From positions 1,108,564-1,172,563 of the forward strand of contig CAJINV010000005.1 in NCBI GenBank assembly GCA_905178155.1: a stretch of DNA of 64,000 nucleotides. The letters are read 5' to 3'. Below are positions 40,156-50,500 of this stretch, piece by piece. Numbering within the stretch: position 1 is the stretch's first letter; each line of letters starts with the position of its first letter. The notes beneath the pieces were generated by a model, which was given only the letters and a program-made list of their open reading frames with translations, did no database searches and was not told the origin of the DNA. The translations under genes and the position numbers were made by a program. The stretch is from Amoebophrya sp. A120 (taxonomy: Eukaryota; Protista; Dinoflagellata).

Positions 40156-43100
40156 ATGCCGCCAAAAAAGAAGGGTAAGAAGAACAAAAACAAAACCGGT
40201 GGTGGTGGGAGCGGCACCAGCAGCGAAAATGTCACGCCGAGGCACGTTCAAGGGGAGGGGAGCAGGGTATAGTATCTTTGGCATGCATGATGATCATGAT
40301 GATCTTCACACACAGGATTTGCATGTCAAGAAGTGTTTGTGTAGTACGCTAGGAATAGGCTGTGGAACAGTCCAAAGTCTTTTGAGGAGCAGGAAGATTT
40401 TTATCGAACCTCGCCTGTCACACTACAGGTTGCCAGCTCGAACAGCAACTCGGCGCAGAACGGCACTCCCGCTGCAATCAACCTGGTGAACCCACCGAGT
40501 CCACCACCACCAGCTGTAATGCAGCTCTCACAGGGTGGTCGTGATGATGCCAGCGCGGACGGGGATCTGTCCAGCAGCTACTTCCAATTCAAGGCACAAA
40601 TGGACAAGTTCAAGGCGGGTATTGCTTGTTGACAAAGAACATGGGTTAAAATGCTTTTTTCCTGTCAGTGGATCTGGATCCTCCAATATGGAGCTTCACT
40701 TCGACAAGCATCATCGAGGTGATCAAAGCGATCAGCTGCCTATGATGAAGCAAGTAGCCATATTAATGAAGCAGGAAACAGGATCAGACCATCTAAACGA
40801 CACAAAAAAAATATCAAGGTATGCCCCCGGGCAGTTTGGCCGAGATGGGCGGCGCGCCGAAATCCTCATCTGCGGACTTATCTGCGAACCCAAAGTACAG
40901 CGAGGTTAACACCTTGAAGGAGCAAGGCAATCAGATGTGGAAGATCGGCGTCCAGGAAATTGCCTGCACGGCGTACTCCACAGCGATAGAAAAATTGCAG
41001 ACGATTGTCAGGAAGGAGAGCCCGGTAATAATAATCGATGAGTGTTGTGAATGGGCTTGTGAATGATACGCATGTGGTCGGGGGGCCATGAAGTTCCTGG
41101 TGGTTCTCCCATTCTTACCATCAGAGATGTCGGTCGAACGACAATGATGCGCATTCGCAAGGCAACATCAAAAAATATTTTTTTCAGGATGGCGAGACCT
41201 ACGACCCAACCCAGATGGACCAGGAGGCCAAGACCCTGATGTCCCGTCTCTTCTCGAACCGATCGAATTGCTTTTACCTCTTGGACCGCTTCGAGGACAG
41301 TCTGTCCGACGCCCAGGAGTCCTTCGCGATCGATCCGCTCTTCGCCAAAGCCTGGCTCCGTGCGGCGCAGGCGTGCGTCAAGCTAGTGAACTTCGACAAG
41401 TTCTTGCAGGGAGAAAAATTAGCGGAAGGAGCCGTAGATGCCGCCGACAAAATGGCGCTTGCAACACCATCCACTCTACTACCCACGAACGCGCTGAGTA
41501 GTTGTTCCATGGACTCCGAAATCGAGAAGATAAAAACGCACGCGGACCTCGCCGCGCAGTACCTGCGCGAAGGCCTGCGGGTGGAGCCGGCAAACGGTAC
41601 GTTGAAAAACGTGCTGGCCAATTTGGAGGGCAAAGAGGTGCAGTTTAAACTGGCCAAGGGGTTCGGGATAGCGGATTTGAGTGTGGAGAACTACGCGGAG
41701 TGTGTAACGTGGCAGCAAGACCCCATCGGCTACGTGTTCGCTCTGGATGGAACCATGCACATGGTGGTGCCAGGGTAAGCCATTAAGATAGGCTTTTGCT
41801 CTTTCGTTCAGGCGCCTACGCCTTGAAACTCGCTTACAAGAACGTCTGTTTTGTGTCAATGAAAAAAGCTCTTTGGACCATGATAAGCATGAATTATGAT
41901 GCAACTACCCGAAGTGTGAAAATCAAGAGTTTATTCAGCAGAATGAATCCCATGTACCACAGCATAAAAACCCCCACGCCGGGCAAGTATGAAGTGACGC
42001 CGAGCACGAGCAAAATCATCCTGCACGCCCCAGATCCGCGAATGCCAAAAGCAGAGTTTAAGTACGCCTTTCTGGACAAGGATACTAATATACCATCACC
42101 ACTCGTCGGAACAAGCAGTACAACGGGCAGTAGTGCAACTATTTTCAAGTTCAATTTAAAGCTGGAAGCCCCCGGCAAGCCCGCGCTCCTGATGAAACCC
42201 GTGTCCGCTACGTTCAAGGAGGCGAACTTCGCCGACACTAAGGAGTAACGTTTATTTTGTGGGTTGTTCTACTGCCTTACAAACTGGTTTGACAAGCCCA
42301 TTTATTTGTCATGCTGTCTGGGATCAAAATAAATGAAAATCAATTGCATTGTTGATGTCCGCCTTCCATTCCGCATTCTCGAACGAGCCTGTGACTTTTT
42401 CTCCAACTACCACTTGGCAAACATGATTAGGTTTTTCGCTGCGGTCGATGCCTTCCTCCCATCCGTCGAAAGGTTGAAAACGCTCAAGCCAGCAGAGGCG
42501 AATGCCACGGAACTCAGCACATACCTTTACCTGGTCACGAAGTGGGGACACGTAAGCTTTGGGTTGTTTTTGCGAACATCGATTCAAGCATATTGAACGG
42601 GATTCGATTGTTTTGCTTGCGAAATATTATGCGGCCTCCAGTGGAGGATCGATTGATCCATGGAAATTGCGCAACGCGTAGCGTTTCTGAATTCATAGAT
42701 GCATCAACATATTACGAAACCAAAGTTCATTAAGATTGTAGAAGCTTTGCAAACAAAAAAAACAGCTCCGCGAGCGGTGTGGGGAAAACTACGAAAAGTT
42801 TCTCTCCGCGATACGGCAAGATAAAACTCGGGTGGGCGAAAAGTGGAAGATTTTCGAGAGCATAAAAGACAGCGGGCCGGGTCTCGACGACTTGAAGAGC
42901 GCGGCGCGGAAGCAGGAAGGAACATCAGCGCCACAGCAGCTTTCTACTTCCACCTCCACTACGACCGCCAAATTAGCTGGTGCTGCCGCACCTCCAATAG
43001 AAAACACGTGCACGATCGAAGAAGTCCTATCATCAGCTGCTCCGGAAGACGGAACCGCGAGCGCGGACACGTGCTGCGGGTCGAGTTCCTCCAAAACCGC

Positions 43101-43647
43101 CACCGCGCCTGGGTCCTCCCCAGAGGATAGCTTGCCAGAGGATACGACCGGCAACTCTTCCTCACTCGACGCGAAGAAATTCCGCGCCAGCGATTTAATC
43201 AGCCGGTTTGCAGCGGAATTGGAGCACGGGCGGGACGTCGTATCGGCGACGCCGTCGACCGCGGCAGTGACCGCAACGGATTCCCTGGTGACCAACACCT
43301 CCTCCCTGGCAAAGGAAGACGAACTAGGAACAACGGCAGCTGCGCAGAATAACATCAAGGACACGACTTGCGCAGCGGGAGCCTCTTGTTGCGCTGGAGG
43401 ACCAGGACCCTCGACTACCACGTCGCAGATGGGTGTCGTGCAAGAAGATGGTGCTGTTGGCAAGAAGGTTGGGCTGTTGAAGAAACCGGCGCAGCTTGTA
43501 GTTCCTGAGGGAGAACAAACAAGTGATGTAAAAGTGACACCGACCAGCTTTCAGAGTACTAGTCCAGCCGCCGCGATCCGTCCAGCCTCGCAGGAACAAA
43601 TGGGCTGCTTGGCGAAGTTCACCCAGATGCTGTGCGGTGGGCAGTGA
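40156..43647 (+). CDS. TPR protein (Hsp70/Hsp90 co-chaperone-type carboxylate clamp), about 7 exons
   Basis: LKEQGNQMWK...AYSTAI, LFSNRSNCF...DAQESFAIDPLFAKAWLRAA; mostly GT-AG introns (e.g. 41775-41938). Confidence 0.8.
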
Positions 43648-44560
43648 GAAGGACGGCTGGTGGGGAACTTGTTCGAGACCTTGCTGACAACGAAATCTGA
43701 CGACAGACGTGAGGAAATGATAGATTGATGAAATATATATATCACGACGCTACTACATCCAAATGACGAATAAAACTACATATGGCGATCAGATGTTGAC
43801 TGCGAGTATGCAGGCATTGAAAAAGTAAAAGTATGCTCGGTGTACGTCCAAAGCGTAACCAGCACCAGCAGAAGAATAAATGATGAAATTTTCGAATGTT
43901 GACTCTGAAGCGCACGAGTCTTCGTGAATTTTTGCAGCTCTTGTTCTAGTACTCTGCCGTTGAGATTTGGATGTTGCATGGCCACGAAATCTGACACTGT
44001 ATTCATTCTTGTGAGTGTTCTTTTTTTGCGTTCTTTTCCTTTGCGTTCTTCAAGATAAAACTAAGTATAGTAGCACGCTGCATAATTAAAATTAAAGCAA
44101 CGAACTTCGTCGGGAAAAAAAAAGAGGTTATTTCTGCGTTTGTTGCAGTTGCAAACTCTGGTGGAGATCCGTAACGGAGTACTGGACAAATCGTCGGGGT
44201 TTCTTGTCGTTGTGCGGAAAAGAAACAAAATCGATGATAGTGATTCTACACTCGTCTCGCCCTCTCGTAAAAGCAGTCGCGATGAAAGACCGCAAGGTAA
44301 ATATTTGGTACATTCTATCAGTTTAGCACACGGACGAAAACAGCACAGCCGCAAACACGCAACAAATTCGAAAACAATCAATGCAAATGAGGATAGAAAA
44401 AGGAAAAAGAAAATTTTTTTTTGTGGAACAATCATCCTCCAATCGATCACCGATATTGATCTAGCTCGTAATTCTTGAATCGAAGTCATGATAAGTAAAC
44501 TTCGCTCACGACCCTGCTCACGGTGGTATATCTAGTTTTTGGCTAGACAAATCTACCAAC

Positions 44561-47500
44561 ATGTCGACGTCCATCGGGCCGGGCGTGATCGAGGACGAGC
44601 AGGCGGCGCTGCTGTTCGGAGGGGGCTCCACCTCCGTTGGCGGTTCTCGGGGATTCCGGCCGCCGAAATGGGGCCGGCGGACTTCGCTCTGCGGGGTGTT
44701 CGTCGCGGTCGTTCTCGCCTTCCTATCCGGGGTACTCGTCACGAAACACTTCTTGACCGCATCCACATCTGAGGATCACGACAAGCCGAGCTTTTGCGCG
44801 AGTTCTACTGCTCCGTCATCTTCCCCTGCAGATGCTGCTGCAATTTCGTCCAAGCATTCCACGTCTGGCACAACTGCCGAAACTTCTCAAAAAGAAGCCG
44901 TGAAGATCGGTCCGGTGGAGGAGGTCGCAGTCGGTGAAAAACAAACGACCCGGCTGGTGGAGAGCGCGGAAAAGGTAAAAGTCCCCGCCCGGAAACCGCT
45001 GATCGTGAAAACGCTGAGCAAAGCCAACGCGCAGAAGAAGAAAATGGAAGACACACGGAAAAAGCTGCTTGCCGCGGCGCCGGGCTCGTCCTTTTTGCAG
45101 GACAACTTCCTGTATGCATTGCAAAAGTATCGTACCCGTATAAATGCATATACAAATTTTCTCAGCATGGAAAATGTAATTTGTAAAAGCGGATTTGTAG
45201 CGCTAATGCATGCCTCCAATTACTTTTACTAGTACTACGAGTGCGATACTTTTGCACAGGATATCCTGGAACCCGGCGGCTTTGACCCCGATGCGGTGTT
45301 TATCCTATGTAAAAACGTTCCCACCACATAGCCAAGAACAAGATGGGGAACCGGCTAGATAAATCCACAAGGTTTGGCTGTTTTGCATGACAAACTTGGA
45401 CTCGTAGTGTAGTACTGTTTTAAATAGCTGAGCAGCATCACGCATCTAGTATACCGCTCCGATTGGAGCATGACAAATTCCAAAACACGACTAGAAAATG
45501 CTTCTCATGAGGCTCCGCATGGGAAACATGCTCAGCATGCAGATTTGCGTATTATACAGCTATGGTGTGCGAACGTTTTTAAATACGATAGCGTTCGGCT
45601 CCCTGGTGGCCAAGTACCTGGACGGCCCCGCGGTGGAGCAGACGAGGAGCAATCTGCCGCAGGCGCATATGGAAGCGTCAGGTTTGAAATCGCCCAAGTT
45701 GAAATTAGTTTGTAATGCATAAAATGCAAGGCATGAACATGAAGTGCCTGTCTTGCCGGGATGGCAAGTGAGGCAGATTGTGAGCCGGAGCAGGGTTTGG
45801 GATAGAACTGCTAAAGGAGCATGACAAAAGCAGTCTTCTGTGCCCAAACAGCATGACAAATTGGATTCCGGTGCTTCGAAAATTTGTCATGCGCCGCTTG
45901 GTTATTGGGCTTCCAACTGGTATCCATTCTATGCATGACAAATCGTTTCAACTTTGTTGATTTTAAACCTGACGCTTCCATAGCGCACGCGGACGTGGTG
46001 AAGTTTTTGCAAAATACCTTATCCTGTGCAAAAGTATCGTATTCGTACTAATCGCAGTCATGCATTACAAATTCTGTTCTCAATGTAAATCCGCATTACA
46101 AATTTTATTTCTCATGCTGAGGGAATTTGTCATGCATTTATACGAGTGCGATACTTTTGCATTCCATATACCTTTTCGGGGAACGCCCTCGGGCGGGCCA
46201 TCCTCGAGCTATGCATTGCAAAAATGTCTGGGTCTGGAAGATTGCAACTTGTCAAGCTGTCTTTGAATTTCAAAACAATCTGTATTGCGTGACCAGCAAC
46301 AGAACTCCCGTTTGTGTTACGCGCCGGAGAGGGCATTTCTCATGCGGAATAGGCATCAGGAAGCCCTCTAAAAATCTGTGATGCTAGACCATACATTGCA
46401 TGCGTCATGGATCATACAAAATATGCATCACAAATCCCAGAATCGTCCAGACCCAGACATTTTTACAGTTGATACGAGCAAATGCATGACAAGTTTGAAG
46501 CTGGGTCGACCGAAACCGATGTTGCCGCACTTCCGTGTGCGTACGGCCAGTCGCTCGAAGTGTATTCCACCAACTTCGGAGTGCGCAAAGACGTGGAAGT
46601 GCATTGCGACATCGCCGAATTTCACTTTACCAGTGACGCGGCAAAAGTGTATTTCGGGACCCAGCTCAGGAAGGAAGTCGCAGCCATGGACACGGATCAC
46701 GATGGGTTTCTGTCCGCGGCAGAAATCAATGATGAACAGTGCGAACTGCTGCAAGCCGACCATCTATATGGCGACGATGACGGGAAACTTACGGTCGAGG
46801 AAATGGAGAGGGCCTGTCGCGACATTTGTATGCCGGACTCGCCTGTTTGGAAAGGCGAAGAGGAGGAGTTCGTTCGGCATGTCTGCCACTGCTGCCCGCC
46901 CCACATCCAAGACACTTTTTTTCCGTACTTCGACGCCTGGCTGAGCACGACCACAACTTCTACAACCACCGCTGCGCCAGTCGTGCTATCCGACGAAGAC
47001 GAGCTTGCCGCCATGGACACGGATCACGATGGGTTTCTGTCCGCGGAAGAAATCCATGACGATCAGTGCGACCTCCTAAAAGCCGATGGCGACGACGATG
47101 GGAGGATTACACTCAAGGAGATGTCTGAAGCCTGTCACAAAATTTGTGTGCCGGGCTCGGAGGCTTCGCAGATGGAACCCGAGCTCGTGATCCTGCACAT
47201 CTGCCACTGTTGCCCGCCGAGCATGCAAGAAGAGTTTTTTGCTGACTATTACGCTAAGCGGAACAACAAGAAAGAGGATACCACCGACGACGACGATGAA
47301 CTCGCAGCCATGGACACGGATCACGATGGGTTTCTGTCCGCAGACGAAATCCATGACGAGCAGTGCGACCTGCTGAAAGCCGACCACCAGTATGGCAACG
47401 ATGATGGGAGAATTACTCTCCAGGAAATACACGACGCCTGTCACGACATCTGTGTCCCGGACTCGTCTATTTCGAAAACCGAGGATCCGCAGATCGTTCG

Positions 47501-50500
47501 GGCTATCTGCCACTGCTGCTCGCCGCACACAAAGGAAGCGTTTTTTCCGTACTTCGACGCCTGGCTGAGCACGACCACAACTTCTACAACCACCGCTGCG
47601 CCAGTTGTGCTATCAGACGAAGACGAGCTTGCCGCCATGGACACGGATCACGATGGGTTTCTGTCCGCGGAAGAAATCCATGACGATCAGTGCGACCTCC
47701 TAAAAGCCGATGGCGACGACGATGGGAGGATTACACTCAAGGAGATGTCTGAAGCCTGTCACAAAATTTGTGTGCCGGGCTCGGAGGCTTCGCAGATGGA
47801 ACCCGAGCTCGTGATCCTGCACATCTGCCACTGTTGCCCGCCGAGCATGCAAGAAGAGTTTTTTGCTGACTATTACGCTAAGCGGAACAACAAGAAAGAG
47901 GATACCACCGACGACGACGATGAACTCGCAGCCATGGACACGGATCACGATGGGTTTCTGTCCGCAGACGAAATCCATGACGAGCAGTGCGACCTGCTGA
48001 AAGCCGACCACCAGTATGGCAACGATGATGGGAGAATTACTCTCCAGGAAATACACGACGCCTGTCACGACATCTGTGTCCCGGACTCGTCTATTTCGAA
48101 AACCGAGGATCCGCAGATCGTTCGGGCTATCTGCCACTGCTGCTCGCCGCACACAAAGGAAGCGTTTTTTCCGTACTTCGACGCCTGGCTGAGCACGACC
48201 ACAACTTCTACAACCACCGCTGCGCCAGTTGTGCTATCAGACGAAGACGAGCTTGCCGCCATGGACACGGATCACGATGGGTTTCTGTCCGCGGAAGAAA
48301 TCCATGACGATCAGTGCGACCTCCTAAAAGCCGATGGCGACGACGATGGGAGGATTACACTCAAGGAGATGTCTGAAGCCTGTCACAAAATTTGTGTGCC
48401 GGGCTCGGAGGCTTCGCAGATGGAACCCGAGCTCGTGATCCTGCACATCTGCCACTGTTGCCCGCCGAGCATGCAAGAAGAGTTTTTTGCTGACTATTAC
48501 GCTAAGCGGAACAACAAGAAAGAGGATACCACCGACGACGACGATGAACTCGCAGCCATGGACACGGATCACGATGGGTTTCTGTCCGCAGACGAAATCC
48601 ATGACGAGCAGTGCGACCTGCTGAAAGCCGACCACCAGTATGGCAACGATGATGGGAGAATTACTCTCCAGGAAATACACGACGCCTGTCACGACATCTG
48701 TGTCCCGGACTCGTCTATTTCGAAAACCGAGGATCCGCAGATCGTTCGGGCTATCTGCCACTGCTGCTCGCCGCACACAAAGGAAGCGTTTTTTCCGTAC
48801 TTCGACGCCTGGCTGAGCACGACCACAACTTCTACAACCACCGCTGTGCCAGTCGTGCTATCAGACGAAGACGAGCCTGCAGCACCATCAAGCTTTCTGA
48901 ACAAACAGCACGGGGGCTTTCCGAAACACACTGTCAGAGCGCCAGGTGTGCAATCAGACAACCACGAAGATCTTGTAGCCATTATGGACACGAACCATGA
49001 TGGCTTTCTGTCCGCAGAAGAAATAAATGACGACCAGTGCAACGTGCTAAAACTCGATCAACAGTCTGGCGACGGTGAGAGGAAAATTTCACTCAAGAAG
49101 TTGGATTACGCCTGTAGCGATTACTGTACCCCGGGTGCGGCTGGTGTGGAGGATCTTGACGAGGACGTGCTCTTGGAAATCTGCCACTGCTGCCCGCCGG
49201 AAATGCAAGAAGCATTTTTCCCTTGGTACTATGCGAACCGTGAGTACTTGAAGGCGCAGGAGGACCTCGATTTTGCGAAAATGGATGCTGACGATGACGG
49301 GCGGCTCATCGCAGACGAGATCCATGACGGAATGTGCGACGCGGGAAAAGTCGACCACGAATGGGGCGACGGCGATGGGCAACTTACGGTGAAGGAAGTG
49401 CACACTATGTGCGATGCGGTGTGCGTGCCGGAATCCGCCCTCGAAACGCTTCCCGAGGAGGAACTGATGGCCCTGTGCCACTGCTGTCCGAAAGGTATGC
49501 AGGGGCGTTTTTTTGCGCACTATTACGGAAGAAAAAGCGGCGCTTTTGCGGGGAATCAGGCCGCAGAGGCCAGAATGGCGCTGGACTACTTGGTCTATCG
49601 CAACCCGGGAGATGTTGACCACGAAGATCTGCAAGTCGCTTCGAGCACCACGACCTCGAACGACAGCGAAGGGGCTGCAGCCCCGTCGGCCTACCAATTT
49701 TGCAGCGTAGTGCACATGAACGAGGCGCCGGTGCGGGTTTGTGGCCGTTTCGACAAGGATGCAAACGCAATCTCCGTGACTATCGCGCGCTGTGTATCCT
49801 GTGCAAAAACGTCGTCCCCACACCATAGTCAAGTTGGGAAATCTGCTAGAGAAAGCAGCCAGCTTTGTTGTTGCGCATGACAAGTTTGGCCTCGATTATA
49901 GCTAGCTCAGCAGCGTCACAGGTCTAGCGCATCGCTCTAATTGGAGCGTCACAAATTCCGAAAAACGAGTACGAAAATTCCTAGCATCATGGGGCTCCGC
50001 ATGAGAAATATTCTCAGCATGCAGATCCATCTGCATATACAACTATGGGGTGGGGACGTTTTTACATAGCATACTACGTGGAGAAGGTAGTCGCGTGGGA
50101 CCTGACCGACTGCCCGCAGCAGAAAGCCACCTGGCAGAACCTGTTTCGGCAGACGTCTGAGAAAACCTACGACAGTTTTTATGGACTGCAAAAATGTCTG
50201 GGTCTGGAAGATTCTGACACTTGTCATGCACGTTTTGCATGAGCCATGATGTCTGTGATGCATCCCCTAGCAATACAGTTTTTTTGAGGGCTTCTTGATG
50301 CGTATTCCGCATGACAAATGCCTTCTCAGCGTAGCAAAAATTGCCTTCCTTTTGGTACTCATGCAATACAATTTTTTTTGGAATCCAAATGCAGCACCAT
50401 CACAAGTTGCATTCTTCCAGACCCAGACATTTTTACATTTGATAGTTTTTACGATCACGCGTTCGAGCCGCAGTGCAACCTGGTGTCCACGTATGCAAGA

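Noticed and set aside
41773-41810. Apparent 38-nt non-canonical micro-intron in the TPR gene
   Set aside because: A canonical GT-AG intron 41775-41938 restores the frame (VVPG|RMNPMY)
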